Source of the DNA: a virus
Lineage: Duplodnaviria; Caudoviricetes
Reading direction: 5' to 3' (one strand)
IMG/VR virus record: IMGVR_UViG_3300007276_000061
Coordinates: 1 to 54,641 of that record
DNA length: 54,641 nucleotides
Part shown: positions 34,802 to 44,548 of the stretch, piece after piece
How positions within the stretch are numbered: position 1 is the first letter of the stretch
Layout: each line of letters begins with the position of its first letter
Program-made: the position numbers and the translations under genes
Notes under the pieces: model-generated
The model's input: the letters and a program-made list of their open reading frames with translations, nothing else
What the model was told of the DNA's origin: nothing
The model's database searches: none

Positions 34802-35161
34802 TTAAATAAGCCCACGATACCACTCCTTAGCAGCAGCTTCAGTTCTAAAGGTTGAAGGATAGTCTAGGCCGTACTCTACGATCCAGCAATCCAGTCGAGA
34901 GTTAAACATACCATAACCACGCTCTTCATCATTATACTTGACAGTAATATGAGAAGGGATTTCCTTGAGTTTAACTTGAGCTTCACGAAACTTCTCATTG
35001 CGCTTCGCTTGAGCAACCATTTGTTCCATTCGAACATTAATCGGATGATCTCGGAAGTTCATCCGATTAATCTTAGATGCCACTGGAGTAGGATCAGGCT
35101 CAAGCCCCACAAACATTCGGAAGTCCGGAACAACAGTCATTTCGATTTCGTTAAGCTTCAT
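34802..35161 (-). CDS. Hypothetical protein
   Basis: ORF track. Confidence 0.55.
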   Translation of the reverse strand: MKLNEIEMTVVPDFRMFVGLEPDPTPVASKINRMNFRDHPINVRMEQMVAQAKRNEKFREAQVKLKEIPSHITVKYNDEERGYGMFNSRLDCWIVEYGLDYPSTFRTEAAAKEWYRGLI

Positions 35162-35163
35162 AT

Positions 35164-35457
35164 TTAGTTTTCTTCCTCTTCTTCATCTGGCCCACAGTCT
35201 GAGCAAACATCACCGTCTGGATTGTCTTCTTGGACTTCCGCATAATCACCAGCTTCACACCACCAGCCACATTCAGCGCACATAAAGATAATGTTATCTA
35301 GAACATCACAAAACTGCATCCAATTTGCGACTTCATTTAGTCCATTGGCAGCACCTTCAGTTACATCATAAATAACTTTATCAAGAGATTGACAAGTTCC
35401 TTGCAAATCACTGATAATCTCATTAATTTGTTCTTGAGTTAGAGTAATCAGTCCCAT
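35164..35457 (-). CDS. Zinc-finger hypothetical protein
   Basis: CAECGWW...CSDC. Confidence 0.6.
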   Translation of the reverse strand: MGLITLTQEQINEIISDLQGTCQSLDKVIYDVTEGAANGLNEVANWMQFCDVLDNIIFMCAECGWWCEAGDYAEVQEDNPDGDVCSDCGPDEEEEEN

Positions 35458-35639
35458 TGAGTAACCTCCACTTTGCGAGCTGACGCCGACAGAGTATAAA
35501 CATACACAGCAGAAACGTCAACACTAGAATTCATGTAGTCCAGTGCACGTTGCTTAGCTTCAGCTTCTGAATCTGCAATAAAGGTAGAAAACGTATTAGG
35601 CTTATTGGACTTGAACGACTGTTCGATTACAAAATTCAT
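35448..35639 (-). CDS. Hypothetical protein
   Basis: RBS GAGGA; promoter upstream. Confidence 0.55.
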   Translation of the reverse strand: MNFVIEQSFKSNKPNTFSTFIADSEAEAKQRALDYMNSSVDVSAVYVYTLSASARKVEVTQWD

Positions 35640-35705
35640 TGAATGTTCCTCTCTCTCATTTGATTATTCATAATACACTGAGAGAGGAACAAAGTCAAGT
35701 CTTAA

Positions 35706-37208
35706 TTAAAGGCCTGCTCGCGCACGCTCTTTGATTTCATCCCACAGATCACAGAATGCATCAATGCCGTCATGCTCAAAGTCAAACTCGACAAAAGCGC
35801 TTTCCGGGTGGTTACTAGCTTCTTCGAACGTCAAACCGTCCGTAGTGAAAAACGAACCGTCTTCAGCTTCAAAGGTGTTAACGAAGCCACGGAACGAGCG
35901 CTTGATGCCATCATCCGTGATAGGGTCTTTGAATAGAGCTTGCTCTTCACCGCCGAAGATACCACCTGTAGCCTTCATGGCGAAGCCATAAGTGTCGCGA
36001 GTGTTATGTTGGTATGTGAACGAACCAATACCCAGAACAACGTTCGAGCTAGCAAAGCCATTCTTGGCCAGGCGATCAAAGATGTCGCTAGCGCGTTCCA
36101 GAGTGATCGAGTCACCATAGATCAGGCCAATATGCGAATCAAGAACCTTGAAACCCTTCGAGTTGGTTGTACCACCGAATACTTCCCACAGGAGTTGGAT
36201 AGCACCCTTATATTCCGGCGAGCCAGGCTCTGCATCCAGATTACCGGCAATAATATCAACCGGATTACCAGAATCGGGACGAATAACAGCCTTACCATCA
36301 CGGCTCATAATCTGAGACTTAAGAGTCGGTAGGGTCTTAGTCAAAACGTCCCAGAAGTTCCACGTATCGGACACAATGCTAACAATACCACTAGGATAGT
36401 GCTTCAGCAGGCGTTCAAAAGTTTCCAGCTCGGAAGCTTGACCGCCAGCACACATAACGCTGTGTTCCGCAGCCGGAACCGAGCCATAATCAGCGATTTG
36501 GAAGCCCGGATAGTTGGCACGTGCGCCGAAGAGCGCAGGCAAGGTATCAGTACCATTGAAGTACAGCAGATGGCCGACTTGGCCAGCTTCAGCCGCTTCA
36601 AAAGCATCTAGACCACGCAGCGAGAAATCATGGCACTGCCAGTCAACGTGCAGATTGTCATCGCACGTACGAGTTGCCCACTTTTCGCATTCCTTACGGT
36701 AGTTTCGCGCGATAGACGCGATAACTTGCGACTTCCACAGTAACAGCGACAGCAGCGATTCAACGTAGTTAGTTACCCACGCAAAATCTTCATGCGTGTT
36801 ATAAACGGCCAGTTGAACAACGCCAGTCTTAGTAACCGTACCTTCTGGCAGGTACAGAACCTTAATCGGCAGATAGCCTAGCGTATGCAAATGATCAATG
36901 CGATCAAGTTGCACTTGAGTAGCAGGAACCTTCAGGAAGTCCTTATGGAACTGAGCATACTCCTCTAGAACATCTTCAACATCCTGGCCGAACCACTCAT
37001 TCCACATATTCTGCATTTGAATAAGTGCAGTAGAAATACCGAAGAATACGACAGAGTTGTCGCCATCAAGTTGACGACCCGATTGACGAGCAATCTTGTC
37101 CGAGCGCGGAACCCAAGTCGAGAACAGGAGTTCCATGTTCTCAGGGTACATGTCAGCGTGAGCCAGCTTGTAAGAGTCAGCAGCGAAAAGAGCGGGAGTG
37201 TTATACAT
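35706..37208 (-). CDS. Nicotinamide phosphoribosyltransferase-family protein (NadV/Namat-like)
   Basis: DSYKLAH, HDFSLRG, GTDT, PAAEHSVM, VSDTW, IRPDSG, YGDSIT, RDTYGFAMK, KDPITD; start at MYNTP. Confidence 0.9.
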   Translation of the reverse strand: MYNTPALFAADSYKLAHADMYPENMELLFSTWVPRSDKIARQSGRQLDGDNSVVFFGISTALIQMQNMWNEWFGQDVEDVLEEYAQFHKDFLKVPATQVQLDRIDHLHTLGYLPIKVLYLPEGTVTKTGVVQLAVYNTHEDFAWVTNYVESLLSLLLWKSQVIASIARNYRKECEKWATRTCDDNLHVDWQCHDFSLRGLDAFEAAEAGQVGHLLYFNGTDTLPALFGARANYPGFQIADYGSVPAAEHSVMCAGGQASELETFERLLKHYPSGIVSIVSDTWNFWDVLTKTLPTLKSQIMSRDGKAVIRPDSGNPVDIIAGNLDAEPGSPEYKGAIQLLWEVFGGTTNSKGFKVLDSHIGLIYGDSITLERASDIFDRLAKNGFASSNVVLGIGSFTYQHNTRDTYGFAMKATGGIFGGEEQALFKDPITDDGIKRSFRGFVNTFEAEDGSFFTTDGLTFEEASNHPESAFVEFDFEHDGIDAFCDLWDEIKERARAGL

Positions 37209-37209
37209 A

Positions 37210-37467
37210 TTAGTTAGTTTCCTCAACGAGTTCATAAGTTTTAGCGAAAATACTTGGTTTAATAGGCCAATGCTCACCAGTTACTCCGGTTGCGATCCAG
37301 TCTCCAGGAGATACAATATGGCCACCCTCTAGAGTGTCTACCCAGCCATAGGGTCCAATCCCTTTAATAATACCGTTACGATTATCATATTTAATAACAG
37401 CTGGATGATCCCCGGACTTAAACCACTGGGTTGCCTCAATCAAGGCAGTTTTTCTATATTTAGGCAT
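37210..37467 (-). CDS. Conserved phage protein
   Basis: IEATQW...TLEG...VSPGDWI..G..GE.WPIKP.IF.KTYE. Confidence 0.7.
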   Translation of the reverse strand: MPKYRKTALIEATQWFKSGDHPAVIKYDNRNGIIKGIGPYGWVDTLEGGHIVSPGDWIATGVTGEHWPIKPSIFAKTYELVEETN

Positions 37468-38299
37468 TTTGCTCCGAACGATCGAAAAGAGAGTGGATTT
37501 CAGTATAGTGCTTGAAGAGTTCTTCCTTACCACGAGAGAAGAGACCGTGAGTTACGTAAAGCTTCAACTCGCCAAAAGTATAGCGCTCGCGCAGGGCTTT
37601 AGCAATACTAATAAAGGTAGCGCCGCCATCGCAAAGATCGTCTACAACCCAGATAGTATCTGTAGGCAAAACTGCATCAGGTTTGTATACAATCTCATGA
37701 CCATTGATTTTACCGTCAACACGCGTTTTATCCGCGTAGATTACGCCAGCGCTGTATTCATGCGCAACAGCTTCTGCACGTTCGACCGCACCCTTGTCAA
37801 CTGCAACAACATGATCAATTTTATCATACGCAGGATTAAATTCTACTGCACGATTGAAGCATTCCAAAGGCTTCACAACTAGAACCGGAACGTCAAAGTC
37901 TTTCAGGCAATCAACCAAAACATGACTGTGCGGGTCGTAAACCGTTACCATATTAATCATCATACCAGCAATCATAGCGGCAGTAGCTTGAGCCGGAAGG
38001 CTCATACCGTCTTGCTCAATACGATCAGCACGTTGATCGGGCAGGGTCTCAATGACCAGATTGATCGTAGATCCACAGCAGTAACCGTCAATGGCACTGA
38101 TGACTTGATAAACGGCCATAATAGCTTCCGGCAAAGTGGTCTTCAGCGTAATAGTGAAGATCAAATTGCTAATACGAGAATACTTGATCTGTTCCAGACC
38201 ATCCAGATTAAATCGGAAGGAACCATCCGGGAACTCGTCCACGCGAACAGTGCAATCCGAAACTGTGAGCCAAGTCGTGGGGTCAGTGCGTTGTTTCAT
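37460..38299 (-). CDS. Ribose-phosphate pyrophosphokinase-family protein (Prs/Adps-like)
   Basis: FPDG, QRADR, DPHS, DKGA, VVDDLCDGGATF, YVTHG. Confidence 0.88.
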   Translation of the reverse strand: MKQRTDPTTWLTVSDCTVRVDEFPDGSFRFNLDGLEQIKYSRISNLIFTITLKTTLPEAIMAVYQVISAIDGYCCGSTINLVIETLPDQRADRIEQDGMSLPAQATAAMIAGMMINMVTVYDPHSHVLVDCLKDFDVPVLVVKPLECFNRAVEFNPAYDKIDHVVAVDKGAVERAEAVAHEYSAGVIYADKTRVDGKINGHEIVYKPDAVLPTDTIWVVDDLCDGGATFISIAKALRERYTFGELKLYVTHGLFSRGKEELFKHYTEIHSLFDRSEQNA

Positions 38300-38402
38300 T
38301 CATATCTCTCCTAATCTTTAAATAGTATAGGCCCTTGACAGGTAAATGTCAAGGGCCTTTTTCAGATGTGGTTAATCTTCTAGGAAACGTTCGATGTAGT
38401 TA

Positions 38403-38627
38403 TCAATGAGAGGAAATGCCATTTTCGAAAGTTACGCCTTCTGCTTGCAAAGCTTTTTCTGCTGTTCTAATAAGAACCCGATTTTCATATACGATATCTG
38501 CATCTTCCGTGTCCATATCTTCAAGCTTACCAGAAGCGCCTCTAGAGCAGCATTCTGCATAAGACTCTACATCTTCCTTAAACTTCGGAAGAATTTGCAT
38601 AAGTACTCTAGTGACGTCAGTAGTCAT
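38403..38627 (-). CDS. Hypothetical protein
   Basis: ORF track. Confidence 0.5.
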   Translation of the reverse strand: MTTDVTRVLMQILPKFKEDVESYAECCSRGASGKLEDMDTEDADIVYENRVLIRTAEKALQAEGVTFENGISSH

Positions 38628-39157
38628 TATATGTAACAGCTCTCTTGTTGTTGTGGGAGTTTAAGATACTCCATTGTTGTAGTATGCACATAGGACGGTC
38701 CTAGAGTGCTTTTAGATTTCTTAACACCATGCTTTAACTCAAGCATCGCAATATCACGATCGACAGCAGCATTCAATTCACGTGCACGCCGTGTAAGGGC
38801 ATTTTCTTCTGATCGCTCAAGATAGCCTTTAACTTTAAGAGCACCTAAAAGCTTAGGATGATCTTCGGTAATAGTTTTCCAAAGAATTTTATGATCTTTA
38901 GAGGGGTTACTTACACTATCACTTTTGTCAAAAACGAGCATTCTATCAATATAGATTTGTAGTGCCCAAGCACCTGTAGATACCCAAATTTTCATACCAC
39001 TACTATGAGTCATATGGTAGGTATCACGCTTCCATTGATCTGGCTCTTTGTGCATCAGATCAATAGCTGCTTTTACAACAGGTGTAGGTTCATATTCAAC
39101 CTTAACCATTGCTTCAGGAGCCGTAGCCCTGAACAGTTTCTTGATCCAATTCCACAT
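38627..39157 (-). CDS. Hypothetical protein
   Basis: ORF track. Confidence 0.6.
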   Translation of the reverse strand: MWNWIKKLFRATAPEAMVKVEYEPTPVVKAAIDLMHKEPDQWKRDTYHMTHSSGMKIWVSTGAWALQIYIDRMLVFDKSDSVSNPSKDHKILWKTITEDHPKLLGALKVKGYLERSEENALTRRARELNAAVDRDIAMLELKHGVKKSKSTLGPSYVHTTTMEYLKLPQQQESCYI

Positions 39158-39159
39158 TC

Positions 39160-39522
39160 TTATTCGGGTTCCTCGACCACAACTAGAGCTTCGTAAATCG
39201 CAATAAGAGCGCCCTTTACAGCCTGATTAGCAGCTGCATAAGTGGAGAATCGGAATTTAGTTTCATCCCATTCACCATTGATTCGAGCATGAACTACGAA
39301 TCGCCCGCTCATTTCTTGTGTAGTATCTTTTCCTCGCACCATTAGAGTACGAACAAGCATACCGGTATCTTCGTTAGTTAGTTTACTGGTCTCTTTATCG
39401 AGATACTTAGTGCCGCCTTGAATAGTAGCGTCCTTACGGTATTTTTCTGCCTGATCCTTCTTAGAATAAGAAGTGATTAGGCGATTTCCTTCTTTATCAT
39501 GTCCGTCAGCATAATAGAACAT
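39160..39522 (-). CDS. Hypothetical protein
   Basis: RBS GGAGG; TAATG coupling. Confidence 0.6.
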   Translation of the reverse strand: MFYYADGHDKEGNRLITSYSKKDQAEKYRKDATIQGGTKYLDKETSKLTNEDTGMLVRTLMVRGKDTTQEMSGRFVVHARINGEWDETKFRFSTYAAANQAVKGALIAIYEALVVVEEPE

Positions 39523-39821
39523 TAAGCTACCCTCCTCTTTTGTTCTTGATCTTCATCGTCATTAGCAAGCGGAACTTCCAGCTTTGCACGATCCAGTGGG
39601 TCGATAGGATCACCACGTTTGAAGTCAAGAGTGAAAGCCCAATCAGCATACTGACCGGCTTCATTTGGTTTATAATAAACACCAGCATACTCAGCAGGCA
39701 GATTTACGTTTTGCAAAACAAACGCCAGAGCGACGTCTTCTTGAGTAGCATTCTCGAATGCCTCAATCACATCTGCGTGATAATGGTGGCGGCTATAAGT
39801 CTTAACACCTTCAAATCGCAT
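39522..39821 (-). CDS. Hypothetical protein
   Basis: Start moved to MRFEG to reduce overlap. Confidence 0.55.
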   Translation of the reverse strand: MRFEGVKTYSRHHYHADVIEAFENATQEDVALAFVLQNVNLPAEYAGVYYKPNEAGQYADWAFTLDFKRGDPIDPLDRAKLEVPLANDDEDQEQKRRVA

Positions 39822-40110
39822 ATTTACTTTCCAGTTCGGGGCAGAATTTAATAAAGTCATGGGCAGTTTGCCAGCCACGGTCGTCTTGGTACCAGAGCCA
39901 ATGCTGTTGAATGCATTCACACTCTACCATCTGACGAAGCATTTCAATGTGCTTACAGTTTGGTACGTGGGCTGGACAATCGCACTTATATACATTTCGT
40001 TTGCGTACTATATTAAAAGTAGCTAGTGGATAAGAACGGTATTCTTCCCATTTTGTTACTTCGTAGTCTTCTGTAGTTGTTTGTCTAAATGTATAATACA
40101 TGATCACCAA
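39811..40110 (-). CDS. SWIM-type zinc-finger protein
   Basis: CDCP...CKH. Confidence 0.6.
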   Translation of the reverse strand: MVIMYYTFRQTTTEDYEVTKWEEYRSYPLATFNIVRKRNVYKCDCPAHVPNCKHIEMLRQMVECECIQQHWLWYQDDRGWQTAHDFIKFCPELESKYAI

Positions 40111-40209
40111 TCGTAAATGAAACCTTGTCGTCCGTCTTGAAGAACTGTGTCTCTTCTCCCTAATGTCTGAATATAATAGACGGCTCGGACTGCAAAGTCA
40201 AGTCACATT

Positions 40210-40548
40210 TTAACGGATCGTCAGATCATATACCTGACTAGCACCACGGAAAGTATAAGAGCAGCGAACATAATCTGTAAATGCTTGGCAATACCCACTT
40301 GCAGGCACTGTGGGTCCATCGCCAACAGAAAGAGCTTCTACTTGGAACTTAGAGTTATCAACGGTATGTCCTGCTACAATCATCTTACCGTCAAAAGTAA
40401 GGAATTGAACAGCAAGAGCAGTAATACCATTTTCACGATGTACAAGTGCTAGGCAATCTTCAGCCGGAGCATTATTGATACTACATTGCTTGATAGCAGG
40501 TTCAGGAGCGCTAGAAATAGCGAGTGCCATAATAAGGGCGGTTAGCAT
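40210..40548 (-). CDS. Secreted hypothetical protein
   Basis: Signal-like N-terminus, four Cys; RBS AAGGA. Confidence 0.6.
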   Translation of the reverse strand: MLTALIMALAISSAPEPAIKQCSINNAPAEDCLALVHRENGITALAVQFLTFDGKMIVAGHTVDNSKFQVEALSVGDGPTVPASGYCQAFTDYVRCSYTFRGASQVYDLTIR

Positions 40549-40702
40549 AGAGTTAAGTCCTTTAATTTAAAAATATAAGTTTCGCCCTTGAAAGAGCTGT
40601 TAACGGCTTGAATCCAAGCCTCTTCGCCATAGCATTCTATGACAGCGTATTCGTAGTTAAACCAGTTCTTTCCATTAGGTGTAAACTAGCTACCGTTTGT
40701 TA

Positions 40703-41014
40703 CTATCGTACCTCTTTCAAACATTTTCCTGTCCATGCAAAATAGTGGGCGTTGAAGCGGCGTAGAAGTTCTACCGCATCTGAATCATTGAGAGGAATAG
40801 TAACTTGTCTACCAGTTCTAGAAGCAAGTTCTAGCGGAGTAAATTGTTCAATCAAACTAGTATTAGCTCGTTTTACAGATTCGCTCAACCAGCCTTTATC
40901 ATTTGACACAGGGACAGGTGATCTTGGTACTGGAATCTCTGATTTTTCAGTAGGCCAGTTATCTTTTCGAGCTTCAGCTAAAACTTCTCGTTGATCGTAA
41001 ACTTTGTCATTCAT
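40703..41014 (-). CDS. Hypothetical protein
   Basis: RBS GAGGA. Confidence 0.55.
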   Translation of the reverse strand: MNDKVYDQREVLAEARKDNWPTEKSEIPVPRSPVPVSNDKGWLSESVKRANTSLIEQFTPLELASRTGRQVTIPLNDSDAVELLRRFNAHYFAWTGKCLKEVR

Positions 41015-41076
41015 ATAAATTTTTTATCCTCTATAATTTAATTTGACATTTCATGAAATTGTGATATAATAATTTT

Positions 41077-41859
41077 ATGAGTAAAATTTGGACAGAACAT
41101 GAAATTAATTTTTTAACCCTCAATTATGCAAATAAGGGTGGTAAACACTGTGGCAATATTCTAAATAGATCAAGTCAATCTGTTATTAACAAAGCGGGAA
41201 GACTAGGATTAAAGTATAATCATTGGAAGAAAACTAATGAACAATATTTAGAAGAGCTATTAGAAAAAGAGATAGATTTACTACCTTTAGAACCTTATAT
41301 AGATAGTAAGACAAAAATAAAACATGAGTGTTTAAATGAGCATATTATAAGTATAAAACCCAATGATGTGTTAAACGGAGTAGGCTGCCCTATTTGTAGA
41401 GTTAGAACTCATGAAGACTATCAATCTTTAACTAAGTATAAAGTACTAGATACATATATAAATGCAAAAACTAATATAAGGCATGAATGCATTAAAGGTC
41501 ATGTTTGGTCAGCCAGACCCCAGTCTATATTGAGTGGTTCTGGCTGCCCTTCTTGTGCAACTCACGGCTTTAATCAGAATAAGCCTGGCATACTTTATTA
41601 TTTAAAAATAACTAAAAATAATCAAACTTACTATAAACTAGGTATTACTAATAGAACAGTAGCTGAAAGATTTGAGCGGGATAAAGATAAACAAATTAGT
41701 ATTATTCATCAAATATACTATAATAAAGGATTAGATGCAAAAGAACACGAGCAAAAACTGTTATTTAAATTTAAGCATAAACGAGTATTTGTACCTGGAT
41801 TTCTTAAGTCTGGCGGCAACTCTGAGCTCTTTGAGTATGATATTCAACCGTTTCAATAA
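41077..41859 (+). CDS. Putative homing endonuclease (HTH + Zn-ribbon + GIY-YIG/T5orf172-like), inverted orientation
   Basis: Paralog of 5823..6686 and 52887..53516; promoter TTGACA-16-TATAAT at 41043-41070, ATG 6 nt later. Confidence 0.75.
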   Translation: MSKIWTEHEINFLTLNYANKGGKHCGNILNRSSQSVINKAGRLGLKYNHWKKTNEQYLEELLEKEIDLLPLEPYIDSKTKIKHECLNEHIISIKPNDVLNGVGCPICRVRTHEDYQSLTKYKVLDTYINAKTNIRHECIKGHVWSARPQSILSGSGCPSCATHGFNQNKPGILYYLKITKNNQTYYKLGITNRTVAERFERDKDKQISIIHQIYYNKGLDAKEHEQKLLFKFKHKRVFVPGFLKSGGNSELFEYDIQPFQ

Positions 41860-42331
41860 CTTCACTGTCTGATAGCTCATCTAAGTCTATTCTAGATTGC
41901 CATCCTCCGAATCGTCTAACGAACTGTGCACCTTCTTCATCGGCATCACCGACCGCAAAATATGGACGACCCGTAAGATAAAGTTGGTGAAGTAGAGCCA
42001 TAGGATTAACATTAGAGACATGAAGGCTAGTATAGCCAAGTCGGTTAAGTGTAGCAGCTTTAAACATACCTCCAGTTAGATATACGGGTTTAGTAAAGTC
42101 CCAGGATTCCATTCCAAATACTGCAACTTCGTTCTTTACTACGAAGGAGTAATATCGCCCCAATTTAGGATGATTATCCATACCTTTCTTGGGAGCACCT
42201 GGACGATATTGATTGAAACCCGTCATACGCTTTCCAAAGTTATACATTGGAAAGGTGGCCACATCTTCAGTTAACGAGGCGTGTGGATACAGGTCCAGTC
42301 TTAGACCCCTGGACTGTACGTGCTCTTTCAT
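41804..42331 (-). CDS. TOPRIM/primase-like protein
   Basis: FPMYN..MTGFNQYRP...VFGME...YLTGGMFKA...GDADEEG; the usual catalytic Glu position reads Gly. Confidence 0.5.
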   Translation of the reverse strand: MKEHVQSRGLRLDLYPHASLTEDVATFPMYNFGKRMTGFNQYRPGAPKKGMDNHPKLGRYYSFVVKNEVAVFGMESWDFTKPVYLTGGMFKAATLNRLGYTSLHVSNVNPMALLHQLYLTGRPYFAVGDADEEGAQFVRRFGGWQSRIDLDELSDSEVIETVEYHTQRAQSCRQT

Positions 42332-42572
42332 ATTCATCTTTGACAGTAAGCTCACGGTACACCTTCAGTCTTTCAATTTCTAGTTTAACTTTGACTTTAA
42401 TGTCATTGAACTCAATAACTCGGTATGTTTTATCTTTAGCCTCATAAGTAATCCAATCCATCAACTGTTTCTGATCATCGAATTCCTTAATACTAGGAAT
42501 AGCTTTCTTGATGTAGCCTCCATAGGTATCTTCTTCTACGAAGATTTCTTCGAATAATGCTGCATATTTCAT
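42267..42572 (-). CDS. Hypothetical protein
   Basis: ORF track. Confidence 0.5.
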   Translation of the reverse strand: MKYAALFEEIFVEEDTYGGYIKKAIPSIKEFDDQKQLMDWITYEAKDKTYRVIEFNDIKVKVKLEIERLKVYRELTVKDEYERARTVQGSKTGPVSTRLVN

Positions 42573-42602
42573 AAAATTTTAACTTCCTTCGAGTGATCAA
42601 TT

Positions 42603-42628
42603 AAAAGGCGGGTTTAATCGCCTTTTTC
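42603..42628. terminator. Intrinsic terminator
   Basis: AAAAGGCG/CGCCTTTT hairpin. Confidence 0.55.
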
Positions 42629-42638
42629 GATTGAGAGA

Positions 42639-42881
42639 TCAGTAAGTATCAGTAACCGGTTTAAAAAGCATAACTCCTAGAAGACCGAATACTACGATAA
42701 GGAATAGGATCAAGGCTCCTAGAAAGGCAGCGCTAAACCAATCAGAAGTACCCCAAGGCACTACATGAGTTGCACCGGAGCAAATGTTATGGTAAACCGT
42801 TTCACCAATATTAGATTGTGGGGCAATACATTCAGCGGAATTAATATTTAGGTCAGTCAATGGGGTTTCCTTGTTCGTCAA
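42639..42881 (-). CDS. Membrane protein
   Basis: C-terminal TM. Confidence 0.5.
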   Translation of the reverse strand: MTNKETPLTDLNINSAECIAPQSNIGETVYHNICSGATHVVPWGTSDWFSAAFLGALILFLIVVFGLLGVMLFKPVTDTY

Positions 42882-43371
42882 AATGGGTTACTTTATCTTC
42901 TGGACGCTTACATAGTCGCTTAATATAGGCTACTGCGTCTTCGTAGATGTTAAATTTAAGTACTGGGTAAGATGAGTTTACCTGGCCTTTGCTATCATAA
43001 GTATAGTATACTGAGTCTGACTTAATAGTGTCGTACTTTACTTCCGGTTCAATAGGCATAGCTTGTACTTCTTCTGGCGAGTAAATTCGGTAATGACTTC
43101 CATAACCACCACCCCAACTACGATACTCTCTTGCGTCAATATTACGACATTTAATTCTACGCGTAGCAATTGTGAAGGTACCATACCGGTCTTCCTCAAT
43201 CTTATACATGGGATCGACAGGAACGTAATCTTCAAAAGCTTTCTTCGCAAGTTTATTACGTTCTATTGCGATTGCGTTTGCGCGTTGGAACTTTTCTTCT
43301 TCTACACGTTCTTCTTCTCGCTTTTTAGCAGTCATTTCTTCATACATTGGATCATATTTCATAGCTTCCAT
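42853..43371 (-). CDS. Hypothetical protein
   Basis: ORF track. Confidence 0.6.
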   Translation of the reverse strand: MEAMKYDPMYEEMTAKKREEERVEEEKFQRANAIAIERNKLAKKAFEDYVPVDPMYKIEEDRYGTFTIATRRIKCRNIDAREYRSWGGGYGSHYRIYSPEEVQAMPIEPEVKYDTIKSDSVYYTYDSKGQVNSSYPVLKFNIYEDAVAYIKRLCKRPEDKVTHFDEQGNPID

Positions 43372-43619
43372 TCTTTCCTAAGCTTTTGAATACCTTGTAG
43401 GATTTCTTTACGATCGGCTGTGCGATAATGGTAAGCCATCTTTCGTTCTGCAATCGCTAGTTCGCGACGTGCTTGCCCACGTTCTTGTGCGTCATCGCTA
43501 TTTTTAGCGATAAACTGAAGATATAGTTGATTGCTATAATGGCGAAGGTATGCTTTGGTAGGGTCGACTTCGACAGGGCCACCTGGCCCTCGCGGCTCGT
43601 TATCTGAATAAAGGATCAT
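43359..43619 (-). CDS. Hypothetical protein
   Basis: RBS GGAG. Confidence 0.6.
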   Translation of the reverse strand: MILYSDNEPRGPGGPVEVDPTKAYLRHYSNQLYLQFIAKNSDDAQERGQARRELAIAERKMAYHYRTADRKEILQGIQKLRKEWKL

Positions 43620-44046
43620 TTCAAGTCTCCAAATAGATAGTTAATCCATTCCAACTCTTTTGCTTCCATTCTTTCCCGCAACTTTGCCCAAGTAATAATC
43701 TCGCCGCTTTTAAGTTTGACTAGACTATCATCTTCTGGCATTGCGATCGGCATAAATGGTTCTTGCTTAGTCATGTGTTCCTCCGATTAAGCCTTATCAT
43801 AGCCTGCCTCAGCCCAAAAGTCAAGTCTTATTTACACGCCTGTTTGCAGGGTCTAGTAGGATTTTCCATGTCTTCTTGGATGCTTTGCTCAACTCTTCCC
43901 AACTAGGATAACGATTACAATGAACAATATCATCGTTACTTGTATATTCTATATATCGACGTTTAGCTTCTGCATCAGTCATAGTATTCTCTCTTTGCGT
44001 GTCAATTGTAAAATCTTCTTATGAAGATAGGCTAGAAATTCACCAA

Positions 44047-44319
44047 TCATTTTGACTTCTTACCAAAACGGATTACATCAAAAGCACATAAAGTCCAAAA
44101 TGCAAATGCAATAAGCCAGAACCATAGAACTACAGAAGGGGCAATATCAATAGGTATAAAGCTAAATAGTTTAGCAATAAGCCACATTACTCCTACAGCT
44201 ACACCACCTATTACAGCGGAAATACCTACCACAATAGGAGCTGCAATACAGAAAATTTTAGCTGCACGCCAATCAATATACATGTTTATTAGTCCCCACA
44301 CATTCTCGTAAGTGTCCAA
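44047..44319 (-). CDS. Membrane protein
   Basis: Two TM segments. Confidence 0.55.
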   Translation of the reverse strand: MDTYENVWGLINMYIDWRAAKIFCIAAPIVVGISAVIGGVAVGVMWLIAKLFSFIPIDIAPSVVLWFWLIAFAFWTLCAFDVIRFGKKSK

Positions 44320-44548
44320 TAGCTTGATCGAGTTCCAATTTATGATATCGTGTTAAGCTTTTGCCATAATGCTGCGCAGCTTCGATTAGGTTTTCAATCG
44401 CGTCCTGAGCCTCCGGAGTTAGCTCTACTGTTTTTGAAGTTTTCATTCGCCTCCTGGAAGACTTTATCTAGCAAGCATAGCTCACAGTAAAGCTTATTAT
44501 CTGTTTTAATTAGTGATACTATAGTTAGGCAGGTTTCACAGGTTTGCA

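Noticed and set aside
35706-37533. Long N-terminal extensions given by the ORF track for NAMPT and the next gene
   Set aside because: They overlap upstream genes; downstream ATGs give the expected family N-termini
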